A DNA stretch of 35,772 nt from Candidatus Micrarchaeota archaeon (GCA_964496415.1 CAZBZN010000005.1:1-35772); one strand, 5' to 3'; shown: positions 18,990 through 29,335, counted from the stretch's first letter. Numbers and translations are program-made. Notes: a model not told the origin generated them from the sequence alone.

Positions 18990-20057
18990 TCAAATTACTC
19001 CAGTTGATTCAAGAGCTTTCAAAGCAGTATGCCTGTCAAGTTTCAGATGTTCTATTATCGTGTATCTTTCTGGTTTTATTTCCTTTGCTTTAAGCATTGC
19101 TTCAAGCACCTGTGAGCTTGTCACACCAAGTTTTTTAGCAGTAGTTGGACACTTCGCAACTTCTAATGCATTCCTCACTTTTTCCCAATTGTTCCCCTGT
19201 AAGTAACTCATGACTATTGTGCCAAGCCCAACCTGAAGCCCGTGAAGATTTGGCTTTTTAAGAATCAAATCGAGAGCATGAGAAAACTTATGCTCTGAAC
19301 CTGACGCTGGTCTTGAAGACCCTGCAATACCCATTGCTGCTCCTGAAGAAATTAAAGCTTCAAGTAAAACATTAAGCCCTCTTTCTGTTCTTTTCCTGAT
19401 TTCATAAGCATTATTCATAACCATCTTTGCAACCATTAAAGAAAGTGAAGAAGCATAATCCCCATAATACTCTCCTTTAATGACATGGCCTAAGCTCCAG
19501 TCTCTTACTGCACTGTACTTTGCAATCGCGTCACCAAAACCAGAAGCAATAAACCTGTAAGGGGATTTTTTTATGATTTTAATATCAGCAATCACTCCTA
19601 TTGGCGGCTTTGCAACTAAAGATTGCCTGTGACCATTAAAATAAAGAGAAGCAATAGGTGAGGAAATTCCATCATTAGAACAATTAGTTGGAATGCTTAC
19701 AAAATCTATTCCTGCCTGGAAAGCAGCTAACTTTGAGACGTCAATTATTTTTCCACCACCGCAAGCAAAAATCAAGTCAACTTCCTGAGCTTTCACTTCA
19801 CTTATTAATTTTTTAACCTCTGAATACCTTGGCTCTGTAATGATGAACCTTTCAGAATCAACTACTTTTGACACTTTTTTTCCAGCTATTTTTTCAGTCT
19901 TTTTACCTGTAACAACAAGAATACCATTATACCCTTCGATAAACTCTGATGCTTTTTCAAGCACTTTTTTTCCTATTATTACTTTTGAAGGAAGATTTAT
20001 TCTTTTGTAAGGTTGCTTCTTTCTTTTAAGCATGCTATTAAATATCCTCTTCGGCAT
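18990..20057 (-). CDS. egsA: sn-glycerol-1-phosphate dehydrogenase
   Basis: GGGKIIDVSK, PT..SNDGISSP, SSRPASGSEHKFSHALD. Confidence 0.95.
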   Translation of the reverse strand: MPKRIFNSMLKRKKQPYKRINLPSKVIIGKKVLEKASEFIEGYNGILVVTGKKTEKIAGKKVSKVVDSERFIITEPRYSEVKKLISEVKAQEVDLIFACGGGKIIDVSKLAAFQAGIDFVSIPTNCSNDGISSPIASLYFNGHRQSLVAKPPIGVIADIKIIKKSPYRFIASGFGDAIAKYSAVRDWSLGHVIKGEYYGDYASSLSLMVAKMVMNNAYEIRKRTERGLNVLLEALISSGAAMGIAGSSRPASGSEHKFSHALDLILKKPNLHGLQVGLGTIVMSYLQGNNWEKVRNALEVAKCPTTAKKLGVTSSQVLEAMLKAKEIKPERYTIIEHLKLDRHTALKALESTGVI

Positions 20058-20075
20058 TTATAAAACCTATGTTCG

Positions 20076-20681
20076 TCAATCCCCCAGAAGCCAGTTTATG
20101 TTAGAAAAAGCCTGTTCCTTAGTTCCTAAAAAACCATGACCCGGAAGCAAATGCTCAAACTCAAGCTCTTTTATTTTCTTAAGGCTCTCAACTAACTGTG
20201 CTTCATTGCCGCCAAGTAAATCAGTCCTGCCAACCCCATCAGCAAACAAAGTATCACCACTTATCAAAATTCTAAGATTTTTTTCAAACAAACAAATACT
20301 ACCAGGAGTATGACCTGGAGTATGAATAACCTTAAACACGACATCACCAAGCCTTATTTCATTAGGAATAGGAAGAGGGTTGACTCTTACAAAGTTTTTT
20401 GAAAAACTTTCATAACAAGAACCAATCCCTGTCTTAATCATGGGAATATCAAAAGCATGCGTGAAAATTTTTGCTTTACTAAAAAGATAATCATTTCCCC
20501 AATGGTCAAAATGACCATGAGTATTAATAACTAAATCAACTTCATCAAAACTAATACCATAATCCTTATCACCAAAGCCAGGGTCAACAATGCAAACTAA
20601 TTCATCTTCAATGACATAAGAGTTTGAAGAAAAATCATTGCTAAGTAACACTTTTACTTTTCCAAACTTCATGTAACTCAC
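20076..20681 (-). CDS. MBL-fold metallo-hydrolase (glyoxalase II-like)
   Basis: THGHFDH, HTPGHTPG, SGDTLF, PGHG. Confidence 0.92.
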   Translation of the reverse strand: MSYMKFGKVKVLLSNDFSSNSYVIEDELVCIVDPGFGDKDYGISFDEVDLVINTHGHFDHWGNDYLFSKAKIFTHAFDIPMIKTGIGSCYESFSKNFVRVNPLPIPNEIRLGDVVFKVIHTPGHTPGSICLFEKNLRILISGDTLFADGVGRTDLLGGNEAQLVESLKKIKELEFEHLLPGHGFLGTKEQAFSNINWLLGD

Positions 20682-20770
20682 AAGTTAGAACTAACTGGTT
20701 TTTCAATAATATTAAATAGTTGAACCACTTAAAATAATTAGTTAAGATTTAACTGGGAGTTGCGCGAGCC

Positions 20771-22054
20771 ATGGTCGTTGAATTCTTGGACAACTTTGAT
20801 GAAATAAAACAAAAAATTCTTGAACACACTGGCTGGAGTGAAGAGGAACTAAATGAAAAACTCTCAAAAAAACAAGAAGAATATGGTGGGCTTTTAACTG
20901 TTTCTGGAGCAGCTTACTCCATAGCAAAAGACTTAGGAGTTGATCTTAATGAAGGCAATGAAACAAAAATAAAAGACTTAGCAGACGGAATGACATTCAT
21001 AACAATAATTGGAAGGATAAAAGCAGTCGGGCCAACAAGAAGCTTTTTCACAAAAACAAGAAAAGGAAAAGTAACTAATCTTGAAATAAGTGATGAGACT
21101 GGGGAAACAAGACTTGTGGTCTGGGGTAAAGAAGAACAAATTAAAAAACTTTCAAAAAACGACTTGATAAAAGTAACAAATGCTTATACTAAAAACAACA
21201 ATGGGAGAATAGAAATTCATGCAGGGACAAGAGCAGAAATAAAAGTAATCAACGATGACAATTCAAGCATAAAAAAACACGAAGAAAAAATCCTAAAACT
21301 ATCAGAAGTAAATGATGAAATAACAGACTTTGACTTTTACGCAAGAGTTGAAAGAATAAACCCATGCTATGAGTTTAACAAAAATGGAAAAATAAGCAAG
21401 GTATCAAGCATTGTAGTAAATGATGGGACAGCAGCAAAGAGACTTGTATTATGGGAGCCTCATGCTGAACTAGTTAATGAACTTGCAATAAACGACCTAA
21501 TCAAAGTAGAAAATGCTTATTCAAGAAAAAACCAAGAACTTGAAATCCACTTAGGATGGAAAGGAAGAATAATAAAAAACCCAGAAGGAATAGAAATACC
21601 TGAAGTAAAAATTAACAGAAAAAAAATAAGTAAATTAGACGGCACAGAAGAATACGTTCAAGTAAAAGCAGACGTAGTTGAAGTATTTCAACCAACAATA
21701 ATAAAAATATGCCTGAAATGCGGAGCAACAGTACTAAACCAATCATGCACCTGCGGGTCAAACGAATTCATGAAAACACTAATAATAAACGCAATAATTG
21801 ACGATGGCACTGGAAACCTTAGAACTACTTTTTACAGAAGACTTGCTGAAAGATTTATTGGAATGAATGCTGGCGAATATGAAGCAAACCAAGAAATCTT
21901 CAATAAAAAAAGGAAAGAACTGCTTGGGCAAGAATTAATATTTTCAGGCACAATGAAAAAAGTTCCTGAGTTTGATAGAATTGAACTAATCGTGAAAAAC
22001 TTCTCAAAACCAAATTATGCTAATGAATTAAAAATGCTTGAGGGGATGATATGA
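20771..22054 (+). CDS. rpa: Replication protein A (multi-OB fold, Zn finger)
   Basis: Three DETG/DGT OB-fold motifs, CLKC..CTCG; precedes radA. Confidence 0.88.
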   Translation: MVVEFLDNFDEIKQKILEHTGWSEEELNEKLSKKQEEYGGLLTVSGAAYSIAKDLGVDLNEGNETKIKDLADGMTFITIIGRIKAVGPTRSFFTKTRKGKVTNLEISDETGETRLVVWGKEEQIKKLSKNDLIKVTNAYTKNNNGRIEIHAGTRAEIKVINDDNSSIKKHEEKILKLSEVNDEITDFDFYARVERINPCYEFNKNGKISKVSSIVVNDGTAAKRLVLWEPHAELVNELAINDLIKVENAYSRKNQELEIHLGWKGRIIKNPEGIEIPEVKINRKKISKLDGTEEYVQVKADVVEVFQPTIIKICLKCGATVLNQSCTCGSNEFMKTLIINAIIDDGTGNLRTTFYRRLAERFIGMNAGEYEANQEIFNKKRKELLGQELIFSGTMKKVPEFDRIELIVKNFSKPNYANELKMLEGMI

Positions 22055-22995
22055 GTAAAAAAATAGTGAGCTTAGAAGACCTACCAGGAGTAGGAACCAC
22101 AACAGCTGAAAAACTAAGGGAAGCTGGCTTTACTAGCTTAGAAGCAATAGCAGTAGCAAGCCCAGGAGAACTAATGGACGCAGCAGGGCTGGGTGAAACA
22201 ACTGCTGGGAAAATAATAGCAGCAGCAAGAGACGCGTTAGAAATTGGTTACGAGACAGCTGATAAAATCCTTGAAAGAAGAAGTAAAGTAAACAGGCTTA
22301 CAACAGGTTCAAAAGCTTTAGATGATCTATTAGGAGGGGGTGTTGAAACCCAAGCAATAACAGAAGCTTACGGTGCTTTTGGGTCTGGAAAAACACAACT
22401 AGCTTTACAACTTGCAGTAAACGTGCAACTTCCAAAAGAACAAGGCGGGCTTGAAGGCGCATGCTTGTTCATTGATACTGAAAACACATTCAGGCCTGAA
22501 AGAGTAAAACAAATGGCTGAAGCAAAAGGACTTGACCCAATCGAAGCCTTAAAAAAAATAGTGGTGGCAAGAGCATTTAATGCAGACCATCAAATGATAA
22601 TAGTTGAAAAAGCAAACAAAATAATCGACGAACACAACGTAAAACTAATAGTAGTTGACTCTTTAACATCAAGATTCAGATCAGATTTTACTGGAAGAGG
22701 AACACTTGCAGACAGACAACAACGTCTCAATAGGCATCTTCATACCCTGCAAAAATGGGCAGACATATATAACTTAGCAGTATTTGTTACAAACCAAGTA
22801 ATGGCGAATCCTGGAATGCTTTTCGGAGACCCCACAACACCAATAGGAGGTCATATTGTAGGACATCAAAGCACCTACAGATTGTACTTAAGAAGGTCAA
22901 AAGAAAGCAAAAGAATAGCAAGACTCGTTGACTCGCCATGCATGCCTGAAGGAGAAGCAGTATTCAGGGTAACTTCAAGAGGAATAGAAGACTGA
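22051..22995 (+). CDS. radA: DNA repair and recombination protein RadA
   Basis: Hh[29 protein letters not shown]; no intein. Confidence 0.98.
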   Translation: MSKKIVSLEDLPGVGTTTAEKLREAGFTSLEAIAVASPGELMDAAGLGETTAGKIIAAARDALEIGYETADKILERRSKVNRLTTGSKALDDLLGGGVETQAITEAYGAFGSGKTQLALQLAVNVQLPKEQGGLEGACLFIDTENTFRPERVKQMAEAKGLDPIEALKKIVVARAFNADHQMIIVEKANKIIDEHNVKLIVVDSLTSRFRSDFTGRGTLADRQQRLNRHLHTLQKWADIYNLAVFVTNQVMANPGMLFGDPTTPIGGHIVGHQSTYRLYLRRSKESKRIARLVDSPCMPEGEAVFRVTSRGIED

Positions 22996-23001
22996 TGAAG
23001 T

Positions 23002-23538
23002 ATGAAACTTAAAAGCACTCTAATGCTAGTAATAGTGAGTATTGTTCTTACAAGCGCGTACTACGAGTTGACAGAAGCAAATGAAATATGTGCTGAAGGA
23101 GAAGTGAAAGTGTTCTTTTGTCCAGAAGATGCTTGTGCTGATGCAGTAATTTCACTAATTGACTCAGCAAATGAATCAGTACACGTCGCTGTTTATTCTT
23201 TCACTCTTGACAGCATTGCAGATGCTTTGATAAGAGCAAAACAAAGAGGTGTTGACGTAAAAGTAGTACTTGAATCACAGCAAGTAAGCCAATACTCTGT
23301 CTATGAAAAGTTAAAAGACGCTGGGATTGACGTACTCCTTGACAGCAATCCTGCTTACATGCATGACAAGATAGCAGTAATTGACGGTAGGATAGTGATT
23401 ACTGGAAGCTATAATTGGACCAAAAGAGCTACAAACCAGAACAACGAGAACTTGGTAGTAATTTATTCTAAAAAATTAAGTGAAGAATTTGAGGCAGAGC
23501 TTGAAAAAATCTACAGCTCTGCCAAAGCATTGGCTTAA
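23002..23538 (+). CDS. Single-HKD phospholipase D family nuclease (Nuc-like) with N-terminal signal/TM segment
   Basis: MHDKIAVID..TGSYNWT..NNEN; hydrophobic N-terminus. Confidence 0.88.
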   Translation: MKLKSTLMLVIVSIVLTSAYYELTEANEICAEGEVKVFFCPEDACADAVISLIDSANESVHVAVYSFTLDSIADALIRAKQRGVDVKVVLESQQVSQYSVYEKLKDAGIDVLLDSNPAYMHDKIAVIDGRIVITGSYNWTKRATNQNNENLVVIYSKKLSEEFEAELEKIYSSAKALA

Positions 23539-23708
23539 CTTATTGCTCCTACAGGACAAGTGTTTTTTGCTTGTTCAACGCACGGCAGGGATTCGTTAGC
23601 TCCTTGTTTTACCTGTGACTTTCCATCACTTCCCATTTCAAAAACATCAGGGCATATTGCAACGCATGCTCCACAGCCAATGCATTTTGACTTGTCAACT
23701 TGAACCAT
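23535..23708 (-). CDS. Single-cluster ferredoxin, 57 aa (absent from the ORF track)
   Basis: Hand translation MVQVDKSKCIGCGACVAICPDVFEMGSDGKSQVKQGANESLPCVEQAKNTCPVGAIS; AGGAGGTG SD. Confidence 0.93.
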   Translation of the reverse strand: MVQVDKSKCIGCGACVAICPDVFEMGSDGKSQVKQGANESLPCVEQAKNTCPVGAIS

Positions 23709-23775
23709 TAACACACCTCCTAATGATTAGAAAATAAAAATCATATTTATAATAATTGTTGCTTCAAATACTATC

Positions 23776-24159
23776 ATGGCAATATTTGTTGTCCACGAGC
23801 ATCATGCCAGAAAGCTTCACTGGGACCTTAGGCTTGAAATGCAAGGAGTGCTTAAAAGCTGGGCTGTTCCAAAAGAACCTCCGCTTGATGAAAAAACTAA
23901 AAGGCTTGCAGTACAAACAGAAGACCATCCTCTTGAGTATGCTTCTTTTGAAGGGGAAATAAAAGAAGGTTATGGCAAGGGAATTGTTAAAATCTGGGAC
24001 AACGGAAACTATGAGCTGTTGAAAAAAACAGATAAAGAGATAAAAGTAAAATTTGAAGGTAAAAAACTTAAAGGAACGTACGTGTTGCTTCGTTTTCCAA
24101 AAGCAGATAAAGGTGAGCAAAAAGCATGGTTGTTCTTCAAAGCAAAAAAACAGGAATAG
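23776..24159 (+). CDS. Stand-alone LigD-type DNA 3'-phosphoesterase domain
   Basis: FVVHEHHARKLHWDLRLE, LKSWAVPK, RLAVQTEDHPLEY. Confidence 0.93.
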   Translation: MAIFVVHEHHARKLHWDLRLEMQGVLKSWAVPKEPPLDEKTKRLAVQTEDHPLEYASFEGEIKEGYGKGIVKIWDNGNYELLKKTDKEIKVKFEGKKLKGTYVLLRFPKADKGEQKAWLFFKAKKQE

Positions 24160-25172
24160 CTGACCTTCCTCTTCATTATGGCTCAGCTCCAAGATGGCTT
24201 TTTGAAAGAATGGTAAAACTTTCAAAACCAATAGCAACTCTAATAATCGAAGATTATGGGTCAAAAGAATTTCTTAAAAGACTCTCTGATCCTTACTGGT
24301 TTCAGGCTTTTGGTTGTGTATTGGGGTTTGACTGGCATTCATCAGGACTAACTACAACTGTGTGTGGCGCTTTAAAACAAGCAGGCTTAGAAGAACAGGG
24401 AATTAAAATTTGTGGTGGGAAAGGAAAAGCCAGCCTAAAGACTGTTGAAGAAATTAAAAAAAGCGAACTAGGAGAAAAAAAGACTGAAGAACTAATAAAA
24501 GCAAGCAGGCTTAGTGCAAAAGTTGACAATTCATGCATTCAGGATGGTTATGAGTTATACCATCATGTGTTTGTCTTTGATGAAAAAGGATGCTGGAGCG
24601 TAGTACAACAAGGGATGAATGAAAAAAATGGATACGCTCGTAGGTATCATTGGTTTTCAGGAGAAGTTAAAAGTTTTGTTGAAGAACCTGAAAAAATAGC
24701 CTGCGATAAGAAAGAAGAAAAAGTACTTGACTTGGTATCAAAAAAGAGTAAAAAAGCTCAAAAAGCAAGCTTGGATGCTTTAAAAGAAAAAGATTTCCTA
24801 AAACTTGAAAAACTAAGGCTTCCAAGACAGCATTCAATAATGCTTACTGCTGCTGAAAAAAAGTTCTTAGAGAAGATAAGTGAACTTGACTTAAAAGATT
24901 ACGAAGAACTCGTGAGTTTGAAAGGAATTGGAAAGAAAAAGCTAAGAGCATTAGCATTAACAGCAGAACTGGTTTACGGTGAAAAAGCCAGTTGGGAAGA
25001 CCCTGTAAAATATTCTTTTGCACATGGTGGAAAAGACGGCATCCCGTACCCTGTTGACAGAGCATTATACGATGACACTGTCAAATTCTTAGAAGAAGCA
25101 GTAGAGGGAAGCGAAATTGAAAGAAAAGAAAAAAGACTTGCCTTAAAAAGGCTTAGAGAGTTTATAAAATAA
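24126..25172 (+). CDS. DUF763 family protein
   Basis: ADLPLHYG.APRWLF, DWHSSG.TT, DPVKYSFAHGGKDG.PYPV. Confidence 0.9.
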   Translation: MVVLQSKKTGIADLPLHYGSAPRWLFERMVKLSKPIATLIIEDYGSKEFLKRLSDPYWFQAFGCVLGFDWHSSGLTTTVCGALKQAGLEEQGIKICGGKGKASLKTVEEIKKSELGEKKTEELIKASRLSAKVDNSCIQDGYELYHHVFVFDEKGCWSVVQQGMNEKNGYARRYHWFSGEVKSFVEEPEKIACDKKEEKVLDLVSKKSKKAQKASLDALKEKDFLKLEKLRLPRQHSIMLTAAEKKFLEKISELDLKDYEELVSLKGIGKKKLRALALTAELVYGEKASWEDPVKYSFAHGGKDGIPYPVDRALYDDTVKFLEEAVEGSEIERKEKRLALKRLREFIK

Positions 25173-25174
25173 AA

Positions 25175-26464
25175 TCAAAGCACTTCTGAAGGCTTGTAAG
25201 GAATACCAAACATTTCAGCTGCTTCCTTGCTCAAGGCAAACAAGTTTGACTTCTTGTTCCTTATTCCACTGAGTTCTCTTTGTTTCAAGATGGTAGCGAC
25301 CATCTTCAACTCTGTCTTTAAAGCATTGACAAAATTAACCACTCCTTCTTCTTTCATAGAGCCTGCTGCTATTAAGAAAGCCCTGCCCATACTGACTCCA
25401 CTTGCTCCAAGCATCATTGCTTTTGCAGCATCAAGCCCGTTGTTTATTCCTCCAGCAATCAAAACATCAAAACTTAACTCTTTTTCAAGAGCAGCTAAGA
25501 AAGCTATTGATGGAATACTTGTCTCATTCATTATTAACCAAGGACTCATTCCAGTTCCACCGCCCAAACCATCAACTGTGAAGCAAGCAATGTTTACTCC
25601 TTGTTCTTGTTTTATGGTTTCAAGCGTGTTTGCAAGTCTTATTACTCCTCTGCCAATTCCTGTTTTAACCCAAATCGGCAGGTCAAGTTCAGAGTACTTT
25701 AAAAGAACATTTCTTAACTGGTCGTCTGAAAGAGAACCTGGGCTAGCATGCCTTTGAAAAGAACCATCAGGATTCTTTTCAATATGATAACCTAACTCCT
25801 CATACTTTTTTGCCTGCTCTTCTCCTTCAAACCTTATTTCTCCGCCAAGCCCTTGTTTTGCTCCTTGGCCAATCTTCACTTCTATTCCATGTGCTCCGTA
25901 CTCTTTAGCTAGTTCAAAGGCATTCATAGCCATGTCATGCTTGTTAGCTTGGACAATTACAGCACCCTTTCCAGAATAATTATCAAGATAAGGCTGAATC
26001 CTTTCTTTTAATCCTTCTTTTCCATAAGTAGCGATCACATTTTCTCCAATCACCATTGGAATTCCAGCCCTTGCAGCACCAACTGCTAAAGCTTCTCCTT
26101 TAGTATGAGCCACTTTAGTAGAACCCATTGCTGCTATTGCTATTGGAACGCTAACTTCAAAACCCCCTAAAACAGTTTCAGTCTTCACAGTGTTGAAGAA
26201 AATTTCATCTCCATAAAGTTCAGGGATTATCTGAATGTCTTCTAATCCAGGAGCTCTTTTTTCAGCTCCAAACTGCCCTGCTCCAAAAGGCTGCGGGAAT
26301 AAAGTCTGACCGGTCTTTGATTTTAAACCAACTTCACATTGGCCGCATTGAGTACAAGTAGCACAAAGACCTGACTGAGTAACATGCTCTGGAAACAATA
26401 ATTTAGTTCCAGTAGCTTGGCTTGCGTTAAGATGTCTTCTCGTTCCTCTTACAGAATAATCCAT
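25175..26464 (-). CDS. FMN-binding glutamate-synthase-family protein with N-terminal CxxCxxCxxC
   Basis: AMGS, EVKIGQGAKQGLGGE, DGLGGGTGMSP, AGG..MGR; start at ATG 26464 after GGAGGGG. Confidence 0.85.
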   Translation of the reverse strand: MDYSVRGTRRHLNASQATGTKLLFPEHVTQSGLCATCTQCGQCEVGLKSKTGQTLFPQPFGAGQFGAEKRAPGLEDIQIIPELYGDEIFFNTVKTETVLGGFEVSVPIAIAAMGSTKVAHTKGEALAVGAARAGIPMVIGENVIATYGKEGLKERIQPYLDNYSGKGAVIVQANKHDMAMNAFELAKEYGAHGIEVKIGQGAKQGLGGEIRFEGEEQAKKYEELGYHIEKNPDGSFQRHASPGSLSDDQLRNVLLKYSELDLPIWVKTGIGRGVIRLANTLETIKQEQGVNIACFTVDGLGGGTGMSPWLIMNETSIPSIAFLAALEKELSFDVLIAGGINNGLDAAKAMMLGASGVSMGRAFLIAAGSMKEEGVVNFVNALKTELKMVATILKQRELSGIRNKKSNLFALSKEAAEMFGIPYKPSEVL

Positions 26465-26592
26465 AACCACCCCTCCTAACAAAAATAAGTTCAAGTTATT
26501 TTATCATTGATCAATTAATAAACCCTTTGTCAGGTAAAAAACTACTCAGAAAATTGAAAAGTTTTTTAAACAAAAGCAGTGTAATCAAACTC

Positions 26593-27342
26593 ATGGAAAG
26601 AGTAAAAACAGGAATCTACGGCTTAGATGAACTAATAGAAGGTGGATTTCCAAGAGGAAGGACAATCTTAGTAAGCGGAGGATGTGGTACTGGTAAGTCA
26701 ATTTTTGGAATGCAATACGCTTATCTTGGAGCAACTGAATTCAACGAACCATCCATTTTTGTTACTCTTGATGAAAGACCAAAAATGCTAAGGGAAGACA
26801 TGCTTAGATTCGGGTGGGATATTTCAAAAGCAGAAAAAAAAGGAAACTTCATACTAATAGACGGTTCCTCAGCAAAAATAGGCTATCCGTCAGATGAGAA
26901 ATACTCCCTGCCTCAAACAGGAGTAAACATTGACAGGCTGCTGCTTAAACTAACCCAAGCAATAGACCAGATAGAAGCAAAAAGAGTAGTAATCGACTCA
27001 ATAGCAGGAATAGGACTCCAAGCAGAAAAAGAACAGGAAATAAGAAAAGCAATACTAAAAGTAAACTACTTGCTAATGAAAACAGACGTGACAACAGTAA
27101 TAACCTCTGAAATCCCAGAACAAATAGACCACGGACCATTAACCTTTTCAAAATATGGTGTTGAAGAATACGTTGCTGACGGAGTGATAATCTTAAGTTA
27201 CTCTCATTCTCATGAAGAATACAACAGGACAATGTTCATCAGAAAAATGAGAGGCACTAAACACTCAGAAGACATACTCCCAATGCAGATAACAAGTAAA
27301 GGAATAGTAGTAAGAACTCCTGAAGAAGCTTTCAACCTATAA
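26593..27342 (+). CDS. KaiC/RAD55-like ATPase 1
   Basis: TGIYGLDELIEGGFP, GGCGTGKS, VVIDS, EEYVADG, KMRGTKH. Confidence 0.92.
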   Translation: MERVKTGIYGLDELIEGGFPRGRTILVSGGCGTGKSIFGMQYAYLGATEFNEPSIFVTLDERPKMLREDMLRFGWDISKAEKKGNFILIDGSSAKIGYPSDEKYSLPQTGVNIDRLLLKLTQAIDQIEAKRVVIDSIAGIGLQAEKEQEIRKAILKVNYLLMKTDVTTVITSEIPEQIDHGPLTFSKYGVEEYVADGVIILSYSHSHEEYNRTMFIRKMRGTKHSEDILPMQITSKGIVVRTPEEAFNL

Positions 27343-27375
27343 GATTTATAAGCTGAGCCTGATTTTTAATCAAAC

Positions 27376-28137
27376 ATGGTTGAAAGAGAACCAACAGGAA
27401 TAACAGGGCTTGATGAATTAATAGAAGGTGGGTTTCCAAAAAACTCAGTCATACTGGTAAGCGGAAGCCCTGGAACAGGGAAAAGCATCTTCGCACAACA
27501 ATTCTTATACACTGGAGCAAATGAGTTCAAAGAAAAAGGATTGTACATCTCCTTTGAGCAAAGAATCCCTGAAATATTCGAGCAAGCAGCAAGGTTTGGA
27601 TGGAATTTTCCTTCATTAGAAAGACAAGACCTCTTAAAATTCTTCTTCATAGACATGACTCAAAGAAAACTAGACCCAGAACAAACACACATAGACTTAA
27701 TAAAAAGCATTATAAGAGAACACAGGCCAAAAAGAATAGTAATCGATAGCATAACCCCTCTAGCTAACATTCCAGTCCCAATAGAAGAACTAGCAAACTA
27801 CGGAATAATCTCAGAACTTTCTTCCTTCATGCCGAACATATCACAAGAACTAATAACAAGATTCCAAGTACACAGGCTAATAATGACTTTAAAAGACTTC
27901 AAAGCAACAAGCGTCATCACCAGTCAAATCCCAAAAGACTCAAAATGGCTTTCCTCTGATAAAGCATCAGAATTCCTAAGCGACGGACTAATACTCCTCA
28001 ACTTTAACACTGGAAGTGAGTTTACAAGAACACTGACCATTGAAAAAATGAGAAACACCAAACACTGCGAAGAAACCCTTGCAATGCAAATAACAAACAA
28101 AGGAATAGTTGTTAAAAAACCAGAAGAATTACTATAA
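27376..28137 (+). CDS. KaiC/RAD55-like ATPase 2
   Basis: TGITGLDELIEGGFP, GSPGTGKS, IVIDS, KMRNTKH. Confidence 0.92.
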   Translation: MVEREPTGITGLDELIEGGFPKNSVILVSGSPGTGKSIFAQQFLYTGANEFKEKGLYISFEQRIPEIFEQAARFGWNFPSLERQDLLKFFFIDMTQRKLDPEQTHIDLIKSIIREHRPKRIVIDSITPLANIPVPIEELANYGIISELSSFMPNISQELITRFQVHRLIMTLKDFKATSVITSQIPKDSKWLSSDKASEFLSDGLILLNFNTGSEFTRTLTIEKMRNTKHCEETLAMQITNKGIVVKKPEELL

Positions 28138-29082
28138 CTCAACTAATGTTCCTTGTTTAAGCATAATCGTCTTGTATCCTTTTTTCCTTTTTCTTATCAC
28201 TGATTTATCAACAGTTCCAGACATTATCTCATGAGGCAAACAATATAATACGTCAAAATGAGATATTCCAAAGCGTTTTCCTATTTCTTCCCTTAGTTTT
28301 CTTGACTTCGCTCTGCTTAAAAGAACTGGTTTATGAGCGTAACATGATAAGTAATTCCACTCACGAAGATTTTCAATAAACAATTCAGCTTCTTCACTTT
28401 TGAAAGGATAACTCTTTATGAACTCTTCTTTTTCCTGTTTCAAACGCAACATTCTTTCAACATCAAAACTTGAAAGTATTTCTCTTAATCTTCTGCCAGC
28501 TACTGCTGCTCCATTTGATAAATATTCTTTTAACACGAGCCAGGAATATTTCTTACCAAGCTCTTCATCAGACAAATCATCTGCTTCTCTTACAGCTCTT
28601 ATTTTTTCTTCAGTTGCAAGAGTGATTGGCGGATTGCTTAATTGTAAAAAATCATTAATTGGGATGTTAAAAAAACTTCTATTACTGATTTCTCTTTCAA
28701 CGCAATCTGTTACAAGATTTATAAAAGTTGAGGCTTTCTCAGCAAGATAACAACAATCAAGAAACTCATCATAATCTTTTTGCAGAGTATTGCTTTTTTT
28801 AAGATCACTCATTACTTCAGAAGAAAGCTTCTTAACTCCTTGTTTTTTATAAAAAAAACTCAATACTGTCGAAAAAAAGCCATCATAAAACTCCAAAGTA
28901 TTATTAGAAAAGTAATAATTTGATACGTCAGAACCAAGAGGATACGGGTCTCGCAAAGAGTACTTTAAAGCAAAATCTCCAAAAGAACATAGAATAGCAT
29001 AATTACATATCGTTGTCTTGATTGGAGAACGTGGTTTTTGAACTGCTCTGTCAAAGAACCCTAATGATCCCTGCACCTGCAT
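28132..29082 (-). CDS. Hypothetical helical protein resembling the region that usually precedes a PEP-utilizer swivel domain; start uncertain
   Basis: 316-codon ORF; C-terminal EIGKRFG...DVLYCLPHEI...IRKRKKGY pattern. Confidence 0.55.
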   Translation of the reverse strand: MQVQGSLGFFDRAVQKPRSPIKTTICNYAILCSFGDFALKYSLRDPYPLGSDVSNYYFSNNTLEFYDGFFSTVLSFFYKKQGVKKLSSEVMSDLKKSNTLQKDYDEFLDCCYLAEKASTFINLVTDCVEREISNRSFFNIPINDFLQLSNPPITLATEEKIRAVREADDLSDEELGKKYSWLVLKEYLSNGAAVAGRRLREILSSFDVERMLRLKQEKEEFIKSYPFKSEEAELFIENLREWNYLSCYAHKPVLLSRAKSRKLREEIGKRFGISHFDVLYCLPHEIMSGTVDKSVIRKRKKGYKTIMLKQGTLVEL

Positions 29083-29335
29083 CTAATTCTACCTTTTTCC
29101 CTTTTAAGTCAGGGACATTTGCTTTTACAACACAAGGAACATTAAACTCTCTTGCGATTATTGCCCCATGACTTAACAAACCGCTTCTTTTAAGTATCAT
29201 TCCTTTAGTTTTCTTAGGATCTATTATTTCATAAGGCTTCAAAGTATCAGCTAAATAAATACCTTCTTCATCAAGAGAATCAACTATTATCCCAACTACT
29301 CTCCCAGGATTAGCACAAACCCCTTTAAACTCCAT
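29051..29335 (-). CDS. Stand-alone PEP-utilizer mobile (phosphohistidine swivel) domain
   Basis: KG..ANPG...G, SGLLSHGAIIAREFNVPCVV, VELDAGAG. Confidence 0.88.
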   Translation of the reverse strand: MEFKGVCANPGRVVGIIVDSLDEEGIYLADTLKPYEIIDPKKTKGMILKRSGLLSHGAIIAREFNVPCVVKANVPDLKGKKVELDAGAGIIRVL

